This document shows positions 19,719 through 29,084 of a DNA stretch of 64,000 bases, one piece after another. Both the position numbers and the translations under genes were made by a program. The DNA lies in assembly GCA_963772835.1 (NCBI GenBank), contig CAVYYZ010000006.1, positions 1-64,000 on the forward strand, given 5' to 3'. Numbering within the stretch: the first letter of the stretch is position 1; the number at the start of each line of letters is the position of its first letter. The notes under the pieces are model-generated. The model was given only the letters and a program-made list of their open reading frames with translations, was not told where the DNA came from and ran no database searches. Origin of the DNA: an uncultured delta proteobacterium. Lineage in GTDB: Bacteria > Desulfobacterota > Desulfuromonadia > Geobacterales > Pseudopelobacteraceae.

Positions 19719-21113
19719 ATGACCACACGCATTGAAAAAGATTCCATGGGGGAGATGCTCGTTCCGGCTGAAGCGTACTACGGAGCGCAGACGGCCCGTG
19801 CCGTGCATAATTTTCCAATCTCGGGACTGAAACCGCACCCTGCGTTTGTCTGGGGTACGGTCGTCATCAAGAAATGTGCGGCCCGGGCAAATATGTCGAC
19901 CGGCAGGCTGGATGCAGAGATCGGTGATGCCATTGTGGCCGCCGCCGACGAGCTGCTGGCCGGTGAACTGGCCGACCAGTTCGTGGTTGATCCATTTCAG
20001 GCAGGCGCCGGTACCTCGCATAACATGAACGCCAATGAGGTGCTGGCAAACCGTGCTCTGGAGATATTGGGGCGTGACCGGGGAGATTTTTCCACGCTGC
20101 ATCCCAACGATCATGTCAACATGGCTCAGTCCACCAACGATGTCATTCCAACCGCCATCCGGCTTGCTTCGCTTGAGATGCTCGACCCGCTTCTGGAACA
20201 GCTGGAAGGTCTGGAGCTGGCACTGGCCTCCAAGGCGGGGGAGTTTGACCATATCCTCAAGTCGGGGCGGACCCATCTGCAGGACGCCGTGCCGATCCGG
20301 ATGGGGCAGGAATTCGGCGCGTATGCCGCAGCTGTTCGCAAAAACCGTGAAGGTCTGGAGTCCTGCATCCCGGCCCTGCTGGAACTGGGAATCGGCGGCA
20401 CCGCTGTCGGGACCGGACTGAATGCCGAACCGGCGTATATCACGGCGATGATCGCAGAACTGACGAATGCAACCGGTTTCCCGCTGATCGCCAGTGAGAA
20501 TCTGTTTGAGGCGATGCAGAACATGGACCCGTTTCTGGCGCTCTCTTCCGGCCTTCGCCGCACGGCGGTCAACCTCGGTCGTATCGCCAATGACCTGCGT
20601 CTGCTGGCTTCCGGCCCCCGCACCGGTCTGGACGAAATCGTTCTCCCCGCTATTCAGCCGGGCTCCTCAATCATGCCCGGCAAGATCAACCCATCCATGG
20701 CCGAGATGACCAACATGGTCTGCTTTCAGGTGATGGGGTGCGACCAGGCGATCATGCTGGCAACCCAGGCCGGCCAGCTGGAGCTGAATGTGATGATGCC
20801 GCTGATTTCCTGGAACCTGACGTTTTCAATGGAAATACTCAGGAATTGCGTGCAGAAATTCACCGAATCCTGTATAAATGGAATAACGGCTAACGAAGCC
20901 CGCTGTCGCCGCTACCTGGATGAATCGCTCGGTCTGGTGACCGTTCTGGCTCCGTATATCGGATATAACGCTTCGGCTGCAATAGCCAAGGAGTCCGTCG
21001 CCAGCGGCAGGAGCATCCGTGAAATCGTTCTGGAACAAGGTCTGATGGCTGTAGATGACCTTGACACAATCATGCAGCCGGAGCATTTGACCGAGCCGGG
21101 GCTGCCGAAATAA
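19719..21113 (+). CDS. aspA: Aspartate ammonia-lyase (fumarase/aspartase superfamily)
   Basis: GSSIMPGKINP signature, GRTHLQDAVP; QAGAGTSHNMN resembles AspA more than FumC (QTGSGTQ). Confidence 0.8.
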   Translation: MTTRIEKDSMGEMLVPAEAYYGAQTARAVHNFPISGLKPHPAFVWGTVVIKKCAARANMSTGRLDAEIGDAIVAAADELLAGELADQFVVDPFQAGAGTSHNMNANEVLANRALEILGRDRGDFSTLHPNDHVNMAQSTNDVIPTAIRLASLEMLDPLLEQLEGLELALASKAGEFDHILKSGRTHLQDAVPIRMGQEFGAYAAAVRKNREGLESCIPALLELGIGGTAVGTGLNAEPAYITAMIAELTNATGFPLIASENLFEAMQNMDPFLALSSGLRRTAVNLGRIANDLRLLASGPRTGLDEIVLPAIQPGSSIMPGKINPSMAEMTNMVCFQVMGCDQAIMLATQAGQLELNVMMPLISWNLTFSMEILRNCVQKFTESCINGITANEARCRRYLDESLGLVTVLAPYIGYNASAAIAKESVASGRSIREIVLEQGLMAVDDLDTIMQPEHLTEPGLPK

Positions 21114-21150
21114 TTGAGTGAGCACCACCACACACAAAGGAGATTGACAG

Positions 21151-21372
21151 ATGAAAGAAGAGGTACTGAAAGTTCTTGAGCAGGTACGCCCCGGGCTGCA
21201 GGCTGATGGCGGAGATGTTGAGCTGGTTGAAATTACCGAAGACGGTATCGTAAAAGTACGCCTGAAAGGTGCCTGCGGCAGCTGCCCGATGTCCACGATG
21301 ACCCTCAAAATGGGGATTGAACGGGCCATGATGGCACAGATTCCGGGAGTCAAGGAAGTCGTACAGGTCTGA
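21151..21372 (+). CDS. NifU C-terminal/Nfu-type Fe-S carrier protein
   Basis: [29 protein letters not shown]. Confidence 0.93.
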   Translation: MKEEVLKVLEQVRPGLQADGGDVELVEITEDGIVKVRLKGACGSCPMSTMTLKMGIERAMMAQIPGVKEVVQV

Positions 21373-21395
21373 CAACATATTGAATTAAACGGGTG

Positions 21396-21435
21396 AAAAC
21401 GCTCCTTCAGGTAATTCTGACAGGGGCGTTTTTTT
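21396..21435 (+). terminator. Intrinsic terminator, possibly bidirectional
   Basis: AAAACGCTCCT-TCAG..CTGA-CAGGGGCG followed by T7, between convergent genes. Confidence 0.75.
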
Positions 21436-21536
21436 GTCGGGCACGAGTCGTATTCTCCGCTTTTTGGCAGGAAACTGCGTGTTGCCCCGGGTATCCGGAT
21501 TTCAGGTGTGGCGGCAGAGTCCACCGGATTGCGGAA

Positions 21537-22610
21537 TCACATGGAGAGATAGTCGAGTAGATAGTGACTGCGGAATAACCAGAGAAACGTGTTGACCCCC
21601 TTGAGTGCGAGCCGGAATTGTTCATGTTCGGTGCCGGTCATATGGTGCGGATCAATACAGTTCGTCGATGTGCTGCCGGCCGCAAGGTCCTGCAACTGCT
21701 GCTGCAGGCGGAGCCGGACCAGGAAGGTGAATGACGTTGTGATGGTTTCAAAGTCGTCGGTTGAAAAGGCACCGAGTTTTCCGAGATGATCGAGCTTTTC
21801 CCAGGTGTCTCCGCCAATGGCCCCGGCTTCAAGCGTCAGCAGGCTTGTACCGGTGGTAATGGCAAAGATTCCTGCTTTTTTGAGGTTCACCATACCCTTG
21901 TGAGCTCCGTTCTGCTCGACCCGGATATGCCCGAAGATGGTGAACGGTGAGGGGAAACGGACAACATGATATGCCATGTTGGGGAAGAAGAGACCGTGGC
22001 ACTGCACTGATGAGCAGATATGATCGCGCAAGGTCATGGCATATGATTCATCGCCGTACAGAGGTCGCAGATCCTGAAATGTGCCGAAGTGAAGTATGTT
22101 GTCCGGAGTCGGGACGGTGATCCACAGGCTCAGAAGCTCTTTCCATTCGCTGACACTGTGGCACCACTGTGGATTACCGGCCATGATGTTGCCGGGGCAG
22201 CGGGGGACGCCGATCTCTTCGAGCGCATCTTCGAGCCGGGTGGAAAAAATCTCCACAGTTCGAATCTCGTTGGCGGAAAGATCGTCGCTGTAGACAATGG
22301 CGCTGTCCTGGTCGGTGCGCAGGGTTTGTTCTCCCCTCCCCTCGCTGCCGAGAACCAGGTAGGTTGCCCCTTCTGGGAGCCGGATCCCCTCCGTGCTCTC
22401 CAGCAGGGCAATGAGTCGCAGGGTCACTGAGTCATTGAAACGGGATATCTGTCGCACAACACGTGTAATGTCGGAATTTGATCTGATGGCACGTCTGACC
22501 ATCTCCGGCATCCGCAGGCCGATTTCGCGCAGCTGACCGATGGAACGGGCGGCATCGATCTCCTGTTGCAGGTCGTGTGAGATACAGTTGTTGACAGTGA
22601 AATCCGGCAT
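21537..22610 (-). CDS. DUF294-family putative nucleotidyltransferase (DUF294 + DUF294_C), without cNMP/CBS domains
   Basis: LGSEGRGEQTLRTDQD pol-beta GS..DxD motif, CPGNIMAGNPQW, DLRPLYG, NLKKAG. Confidence 0.9.
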   Translation of the reverse strand: MPDFTVNNCISHDLQQEIDAARSIGQLREIGLRMPEMVRRAIRSNSDITRVVRQISRFNDSVTLRLIALLESTEGIRLPEGATYLVLGSEGRGEQTLRTDQDSAIVYSDDLSANEIRTVEIFSTRLEDALEEIGVPRCPGNIMAGNPQWCHSVSEWKELLSLWITVPTPDNILHFGTFQDLRPLYGDESYAMTLRDHICSSVQCHGLFFPNMAYHVVRFPSPFTIFGHIRVEQNGAHKGMVNLKKAGIFAITTGTSLLTLEAGAIGGDTWEKLDHLGKLGAFSTDDFETITTSFTFLVRLRLQQQLQDLAAGSTSTNCIDPHHMTGTEHEQFRLALKGVNTFLWLFRSHYLLDYLSM

Positions 22611-22624
22611 GACGCATCCGTTTA

Positions 22625-25600
22625 TCAGGCCTGTTGGTTTTGACCGCTTTCTCCGTGTGATTCCATGCAGAGCGGTACGGTAAACATAAACAGAGCACCT
22701 TCTCCTAACTCGCTTTCTACCCAGATTTTTCCCCCCATTTTCTCGACGATCTCCCGCGAGATCGTCAGACCCAGCCCGGTACCGAGGGGATGGGACTTCT
22801 GCGGATCCCGCACCTGATGAAACCGGTCGAAAATCTGCTCCAGCCTGTCCGGCGGGATCCCGGGCCCTTCGTCCGCCACACAGATCAGGGCAAATCCTTC
22901 TTTCCTTGTTCCGCTGAGCCGGACCGTTCCACCTTCCGGTGAAAATTTTACAGAGTTGCCAAGGAGGTTCGTCAGCACCTGATGGAGGCGATCCGCATCG
23001 GCGTAAACAGGGGGGAGCCCGGCCTGAATTTCGCTGGTTGCCTGAATTCCTCTTTCGGAGAAGAGCGGCTGTGTAGTGCCGAGTGCCCTGGCAAAGACCG
23101 GTTCAAGTTGCAGCGGTTGCGGCTGCAGTTCCATTCGTCCGGCTTCAATCTTTGAGAGATCCAGCAGGTCGTTGATCATGCGTGTGAGGCGCTCCGCCTC
23201 GTTATGGATGACATCAATAAATTTCCTGCGCTTTTCCGTATCGTTCACATCGTAGCGTAACAGGATTTCGGAGAACGATCGGATTGAAGTGAGCGGTGTT
23301 CGCAATTCGTGACTGACCGTGGAGAGGAAATCGCTTTTGAGCCGGTCCAGTTCCAGCAGGCGGGCGTTGGCTTTTTCCAGCTCGGCGGTGCGGTGGGCCA
23401 CTTTTTCTTCCATGGCAAGGCTGTATGCCTGAACCTCCGCATACAACTGGGCATTGACCACAGCCATGGCGAGTTGGTTGGCCAGGGCCGCAAAAAGATT
23501 GACGAATTCATCGGTAAAGTGCACCGGACCACGGGATGTGTAGGCGGTGAGCACGCCGATTACTCTTCCTTCGTAGATCATCGGGGCATGGATAAGCGCA
23601 CTGATCGGTACGTCCTTGACCAGTCTGGAAAGGAGCAGCGGCTTGTCAATTGTGCGGGTGTCTCCGACAACGACCGGCTGAGCGTCCAGAAAACAGCTGC
23701 CGAAGTACGTCTCTCGTGAAGGGGGCATCGCGGAAGTCAGAATATATTCGTCGCTGAGTCCCACATGACTGCGGATTCGTAAAATACCGTCCTCGTCAAG
23801 GAGACGAACGCCCAGATGCTCGAAACCGAATTCCCGTTTGATCAGCTGGAGTACTTCCTGCAGCAGAGTATCGATATCCAGACTCCGTGAAAGGGCATGT
23901 GACGCATCATGAAGGACCATGAGCTCACGCAAACGTCTATCCAGTGCGTCCCGGCTCTCCACCAGTGTCTGGGAAACACCGCCGAACACGTCCAGGATCT
24001 CCACCGCATGCTCCCGTGGCCACGCATGAGTGCTGTTTATTATCATATGTGCCGATGGAGTTCCAAGTGCGCTGGCCAGACAGCGTTCGGTAGCTTCGAG
24101 AAGCAGTTGAGGGGATGAACGGTCAGGGAGAGCCCCCAGTACGTCCTGGGCCATTCGGGCACCGACGAATCGTGTCAGCAGCGCTTCCAGCTCAGATTTG
24201 GTGGCCCATGCCGCCGGCATTCCCGGGCGGGGGGCTTCCTCCCCGGGGTGTGAAGTCATGAAACTGACGGCGAAGTAGGCCCCCATGTTGAACACCAGAC
24301 TCCAGATCAAGGCGTGAGTCCAGTTGTCAAATCCCTGCAGCCCGAAGAGGGCTCGCGGTCTCAGCATCTCTATTCCCCACGGCCCCCGGGTCAGAAACGA
24401 TTCGTGTATCCAACCGGAATCGACGAAGCTGGGGAGCAGCAGGGTGTATATCCAGACGGCAAATCCGGCGGCAAGTCCGGCGAGGGCACCGGTTCTGGTC
24501 CTTCCTTTCCAGCAGAGGCCGAATAGAATTGCGGGGGCAAACTGAATAATGGCGGAGAAGGAGAGAAGTCCCGTTGCTACCAGGGTGTGAGACTCGCCGA
24601 TCGACCGTTTAAAGGCGTATCCCAGAAGCACGACTCCGAATATCACGGCCCGTTTTGTGAACAGAAGGGGAACAGAAACATCGCGGTTTCCCAGATTGCG
24701 CAGTCCGGGGAAAAGGGTGCCCAGAAACGCTACTCCGGGATGATGGAGGATCATCGTTGCCAGAGCGACCGCAGCGACTATGACCATGCTTGTAGCAGCG
24801 GAAAATCCTCCCAGAAACGCGAGAAAGGCCAGACCGGTATGTCCCCGCGTCAAGGGGAGCGATATCATGTAGAAATCCGGGACAAGATCGCCTCCGTACA
24901 GACGTCCGACCAGCGCTACGGGGAGTACGAGAATATTGATCAGGAACAGGTAGGCCGGAAATGCCCACGAGGCGGTGCGCAGGTGCCGCACCTGTACATT
25001 CTCGACGACCAGCATATGGAATTGGCGGGGGAGAAGGACGACGGCTGACGCGGAGAGGATACTCAGGGTGACCCAGGTCGGAAGAGAAACCCCCGAACCC
25101 TCCCCGAGCAGGAACAGGCGGGACAGTTCGGGGTCTGAAAGAGCCTTTTCAAAAATATGAGACAATCCGCCACCGATGCCGAAGGTGATATACAGACCGA
25201 GTGCGAGAAAAACCCCCAGCTTGACGACGCTCTCGAAGACCACTGCCGCGACCATTCCTTCATGCCGTTCTGAGGCGACCAGACTTCTGGCCCCGAAAAG
25301 CCCGGCGAAGATTGACAGGGCGAGAGCGGCCCAGAAGGAGGCGTCGTCAAAGATTCCGGTGGGAGGGTTTCTTCCGGTAAGGAGATCGAAGGTGTATCCC
25401 ACTGCGGTAAGCTGGAGTCCTATATACGGAGTAACACCGATCACCATCATCGTGGTGGACAACGCTCCAAGCGCCCATCCCTTCCCGTACAGCACCTCAA
25501 GCAGGTCCGGCAGGCTCGTGACCCCTTCCGCCCGGCAGAAGGCTACGAGTTTTCTGAGCAGTGACGGTCCGAGGAGGAAAATGAGCGTGGGCCCCAGGTA

Positions 25601-25816
25601 GATCGGCAGAAATCCGAGTCCCGTGGATGCTGCCTGGCCGACACTGCCGTAAAATGTCCAGGACGTACAATAGACCGCCAGAGAAATACTGTATACCCAC
25701 GGGTTGTCTACAAGGCTGTGTCCGCTCTCTCGTGCCTTTTCAGTAGCATAGGCGATTGCGAACAGAACAAGGAGGTATGCTACCCCGAGGAGGGCTACCC
25801 AGAAGGTCTCATTCAC
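22625..25816 (-). CDS. Sodium:solute symporter (SLC5)-STAC-GAF histidine kinase, CrbS/CbrA-like
   Basis: YSISLAVYCTSWTFYGSVG, LPRQFH..VVEN, about 13 TMs; STAC-like LLTRFVG...ERCLASALG..SA; GAF; SHELRTPL, NLLGNS, DEGPG, GTGLGL. GTG start at 25816 overlaps the upstream stop (GTGA). Confidence 0.92.
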   Translation of the reverse strand: MNETFWVALLGVAYLLVLFAIAYATEKARESGHSLVDNPWVYSISLAVYCTSWTFYGSVGQAASTGLGFLPIYLGPTLIFLLGPSLLRKLVAFCRAEGVTSLPDLLEVLYGKGWALGALSTTMMVIGVTPYIGLQLTAVGYTFDLLTGRNPPTGIFDDASFWAALALSIFAGLFGARSLVASERHEGMVAAVVFESVVKLGVFLALGLYITFGIGGGLSHIFEKALSDPELSRLFLLGEGSGVSLPTWVTLSILSASAVVLLPRQFHMLVVENVQVRHLRTASWAFPAYLFLINILVLPVALVGRLYGGDLVPDFYMISLPLTRGHTGLAFLAFLGGFSAATSMVIVAAVALATMILHHPGVAFLGTLFPGLRNLGNRDVSVPLLFTKRAVIFGVVLLGYAFKRSIGESHTLVATGLLSFSAIIQFAPAILFGLCWKGRTRTGALAGLAAGFAVWIYTLLLPSFVDSGWIHESFLTRGPWGIEMLRPRALFGLQGFDNWTHALIWSLVFNMGAYFAVSFMTSHPGEEAPRPGMPAAWATKSELEALLTRFVGARMAQDVLGALPDRSSPQLLLEATERCLASALGTPSAHMIINSTHAWPREHAVEILDVFGGVSQTLVESRDALDRRLRELMVLHDASHALSRSLDIDTLLQEVLQLIKREFGFEHLGVRLLDEDGILRIRSHVGLSDEYILTSAMPPSRETYFGSCFLDAQPVVVGDTRTIDKPLLLSRLVKDVPISALIHAPMIYEGRVIGVLTAYTSRGPVHFTDEFVNLFAALANQLAMAVVNAQLYAEVQAYSLAMEEKVAHRTAELEKANARLLELDRLKSDFLSTVSHELRTPLTSIRSFSEILLRYDVNDTEKRRKFIDVIHNEAERLTRMINDLLDLSKIEAGRMELQPQPLQLEPVFARALGTTQPLFSERGIQATSEIQAGLPPVYADADRLHQVLTNLLGNSVKFSPEGGTVRLSGTRKEGFALICVADEGPGIPPDRLEQIFDRFHQVRDPQKSHPLGTGLGLTISREIVEKMGGKIWVESELGEGALFMFTVPLCMESHGESGQNQQA

Positions 25817-26004
25817 GGTTCGTCCCCTCTGCCCAGTAGCCAGGCGGTCACAACCAGCGCGCCCCATGCCGTGAAAAGATAGAGCGGCAATATCGGGATT
25901 CCGAAGAAGCTGCCCGGACGGTTACATGTCCCCAGAAGGGGGGGGTACAGGAGGGCAACGCCTATGACAAACAGTGCGGCAAGCCGGCGTGAGATTTTAT
26001 CCAT
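25813..26004 (-). CDS. Small two-TM membrane protein upstream of the SLC5 kinase
   Basis: 63 aa, LL.PPLL...FFGIP.L.LYLF.AW pattern, GGAG RBS, translationally coupled to the kinase. Confidence 0.8.
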   Translation of the reverse strand: MDKISRRLAALFVIGVALLYPPLLGTCNRPGSFFGIPILPLYLFTAWGALVVTAWLLGRGDEP

Positions 26005-26056
26005 ATCGGTTTACTCTCCGTAACCCTGATACACAGCCAGGTACTCACGTGTTGCC

Positions 26057-28228
26057 TTAGAATCTCGATGACTGCCAGCGCAGGAGCAGGTGGCGGTCGC
26101 AGAATGCTTTTGCCTCGGCGAGGGTTCGGACCCCCCGACCCGGCAGCAGTGAGATGAGACCCAGGAACACATGGGCAGTGGCACGGGCGTCTCCCAGGGA
26201 TGTGTGACGCCCCTCGATGGTGATCCCCATCCGCTCCGCTATTGCGTCGAGGCTGTGCCCTTCAGTTCCTTCATGGATGGCGTACGAAAGAAACAGGGTG
26301 TCCAGTATCGTGTTGTCGGCCATCGGTAATCCCGCCTCGGCAGCCGCCATTTCGAGGCATTTCTTGTCGAAGGCCGCGTTGTGGGCGACCAGGATCGAGT
26401 CGCCGACAAATTCAATGAATCGCGGGTAGACCTGACCGATAGTGGGGGCATCCGTCACCATATGGTCTTCGATGTGGTGAAACTGTGTTGATTCGGGGGG
26501 TATTGAGCGGCCGGGATTGATCAGAGAATGAAAGATGTCGGCGTTCTGAATGCGGCCCCGGCGAATGCGGACCCCGCTGATGCTGACCACCTTATCCCCC
26601 CCGGAAAGATTCAAACCGGTGGTCTCGGTATCGAACACGACGAATTCGAGAGCGCTTAAATCCGCCTGCAGCTGTTCCACCCGTTCAATAACCGGTCGCG
26701 GCAGGAACAGATCGAAATCGTAAAACTCCGGTTCCCCCTCCAACAGTCCGCCGCCATGATCCGTCTCGGAAAACGGGCCCGCCTGCAACAGGGCCAACCG
26801 CACTTCAATGTAATCATCAGAAGATCGGGTCCACAACTCGCCACGGTTTTTCCGTACCGCCTCTCCGAGAAGGAGAGGCGGCTCGCCGGCGGCGGATACC
26901 TCCTGCAACTCCAGTTCGGCCGGGTTCCCTGCGAATGGTGTCCTGATCCGGAATGTTGTAACCACGGTGCCCTCCTCGATCCACAGGTGTGCAGTGATGG
27001 ACGGTTGCTCCGGACTCCTCTGCACTATCCACTGAAGAACACAGCGCAAAGAGGCCACCCATGAGAACGGTTCCACCTGCACCGGCGGTATCGGGGTGCG
27101 GTCAGCTTCTATCTCAACCGAAATGCGGGGTACCAGGAACAGCGATTCCTTGAGGAGGGCGAGCGGGTTCGAAGGGATGGCCGGCCAACGTGAACTTTCG
27201 GCGGCATTGGCGGCTTCATCGATCGCCGTAACCCGTTCACTCAGCCTGTTCATCTCTTCCGCAACCGCCGCCAGAAATTTCGCCTGCTTTTCCGCCGGCA
27301 TCTCCCGGTGTCGCTGGAGCGTCTCGACCAGTGAACGTGACGCTGCCAACGGCCCACGCAAGAGAAGAGGCATCTCCCGCAGAGTTTCCTCGAATTTTCT
27401 GTTTTCATCGCTGCTACTGCTCACATCCCTGAATACCAGCAGGAATCCGGATCGTTCTCCTCCCGGCCCCGGTACAATCGAAAGTGAACCTTTGAGGAGC
27501 TTTCCATCACGGAGCGGGAACAGTACGTCCTCGACCGTCTCCCTCCCCTGTTCCCATCTCATGCGCAGTCTTTTCAGATGAAAAGCGAGGCGGTCGCTCG
27601 GGAGGAGGCGCGACAGAGGGTTCCCGATCCCGGACGTATATCCCAGGTCCAGAATCATCCTCGCCCGCGGGTTCATCAAAATCGTCTCAGCAGCTTCGTT
27701 TGCCACAATAACACCATCAACCATCGTCCGGAGGACAGTCGCCAGGCGATTACGCTCCTCCTGAACAGTTCGGGTCGCTTCCCGTACCCGCCCTTCAAGC
27801 TCTCCGTAAGCCTTCCCCAGATTTTCAGCCATGTGGTTGAACTCCAGGGCCAGATCCTGCAGTTCGTCTCCGGTGTCAAGTTCGATCCTGTGGCTCAGGT
27901 TGATACGGGCGACAATTTCGGCGCCCCGCCTGATCTTCAGAATGGGCCGTAGAAACTGGTTGGCCATCTCCAGTGCGAAAGCGGTGATCAGGATGGTAAA
28001 TACGGCCAGTAAGAAGGAAACCTGGAGGCACACCGAGCTGAAATACTCGTAAACGTGAGACGCCGGCTGGAGGCGTTGAATCTCAACCACATATTCTCTG
28101 ACGACAAAGTAGAGGGCGATCATCCCGGAGAACAGTGGCACCAGTGCCAGGCCCAGTAACACAACAACTATACGGCGCCGCAGGTTTTTTTCTTTACGGA
28201 CCGGTTTTTCACCCTGATCCGCACTCAT
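26057..28228 (-). CDS. Membrane HAMP-PAS-(degenerate histidine kinase)-DEDDh 3'-5' exonuclease fusion
   Basis: Two TMs, HAMP (GDELQDLA.EFN.M), PAS, His-less DHp (EMPLLLRGPL); C-terminal VFDTETTG, VAHNAAFD, LDTL and HTSLGDA DnaQ-like motifs. Confidence 0.88.
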   Translation of the reverse strand: MSADQGEKPVRKEKNLRRRIVVVLLGLALVPLFSGMIALYFVVREYVVEIQRLQPASHVYEYFSSVCLQVSFLLAVFTILITAFALEMANQFLRPILKIRRGAEIVARINLSHRIELDTGDELQDLALEFNHMAENLGKAYGELEGRVREATRTVQEERNRLATVLRTMVDGVIVANEAAETILMNPRARMILDLGYTSGIGNPLSRLLPSDRLAFHLKRLRMRWEQGRETVEDVLFPLRDGKLLKGSLSIVPGPGGERSGFLLVFRDVSSSSDENRKFEETLREMPLLLRGPLAASRSLVETLQRHREMPAEKQAKFLAAVAEEMNRLSERVTAIDEAANAAESSRWPAIPSNPLALLKESLFLVPRISVEIEADRTPIPPVQVEPFSWVASLRCVLQWIVQRSPEQPSITAHLWIEEGTVVTTFRIRTPFAGNPAELELQEVSAAGEPPLLLGEAVRKNRGELWTRSSDDYIEVRLALLQAGPFSETDHGGGLLEGEPEFYDFDLFLPRPVIERVEQLQADLSALEFVVFDTETTGLNLSGGDKVVSISGVRIRRGRIQNADIFHSLINPGRSIPPESTQFHHIEDHMVTDAPTIGQVYPRFIEFVGDSILVAHNAAFDKKCLEMAAAEAGLPMADNTILDTLFLSYAIHEGTEGHSLDAIAERMGITIEGRHTSLGDARATAHVFLGLISLLPGRGVRTLAEAKAFCDRHLLLRWQSSRF

Positions 28229-28596
28229 GGTTCGATACAGGTTCGGATCGTCTGAAGCAGCTCATCAGTGCTAAACGGTTTGGTGACGTATTCGTCGGCC
28301 CCGACCTCCAGCCCCTTCTTTCTTTCAAGGGTTTGTCCCTTGGCCGTCAGCATGACCACCTTTATGCCTGCCATGTCCTCACGCTCCCGCAGGATCCGGC
28401 ACACCTCGTAGCCGTCTTTGCGAGGCATGTTGACATCCAGCAGGATGAGATCCGGCCGGACACGTCCAGCCACTTCCAGCGCCTCATCCCCGTCCCTCGC
28501 CGTATGGACTTCATACCCCTCCATATCCAATATAAATTCGATAGACATCAAAATATTAGGCTCGTCATCTACGGCAAGAATTATTTTTTTACTCAT
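28225..28596 (-). CDS. Single-domain response regulator (REC only)
   Basis: VDDE, LLDVNMP, MLTA, YVTKPF; 123 aa, no output domain; ATGA overlap with the next gene. Confidence 0.93.
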   Translation of the reverse strand: MSKKIILAVDDEPNILMSIEFILDMEGYEVHTARDGDEALEVAGRVRPDLILLDVNMPRKDGYEVCRILREREDMAGIKVVMLTAKGQTLERKKGLEVGADEYVTKPFSTDELLQTIRTCIEP

Positions 28597-29030
28597 CCGC
28601 GGGCCCCCTTCCGATTCAACTATGGCCGGGGATTATATCCTATAAATAAAGCATGGAAACGATTTTTTCATGATGCGTGACAATATTTCCTTCAGAAAGG
28701 GTGGATGATGAGGTGAGTGCCACGCCCGGAGCATGATTGGGGTAATTTGAAAGTTTAACTTGCAAATTACCCCCAATCGGATGTAATGCCGCTTGAGATC
28801 AACTCCGACGCGACCATCAGTGAGTATTTTCCAAAGGGCAGCGCTCATTTTCGGCCAAACTTCCGACGCTGCCGGGCGGGTGATATTGCTGGGATGATGA
28901 GAGTTGAACATCAAGACAGAGGCATCGTCCTAGTGTTTGACTATTATTTAAGGCGTCGGGAGAGAATATAGGGCGTACAGTTGTCGAGCGTCTAACAAAG
29001 ACCTACTCGCGCGGATTTTTTTATTGGCTA

Positions 29031-29074
29031 CTTCAGATATATTTACTACTATTTAGTAGTAAATATATCTGAAG
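29031..29074. repeat. Perfect 20-bp inverted repeat (44-bp palindrome) overlapping a sigma70-like promoter
   Basis: CTTCAGATATATTTACTACT-ATTT-AGTAGTAAATATATCTGAAG; TTGGCT(29024)-N17-TACTAT(29047) overlaps it and the RBS follows directly. Confidence 0.9.
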
Positions 29075-29084
29075 GGAGAAAATA

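Noticed and set aside
26057..26650. Annotation as DNA polymerase III epsilon (dnaQ)
   Set aside because: The domain is fused to a membrane sensor scaffold within a signalling operon
28633..28971. Short ORFs upstream of the REC gene and a TGGCAC at about 28717-28722 (-)
   Set aside because: No recognisable family or RBS; the TGGCAC lacks a -12 GC
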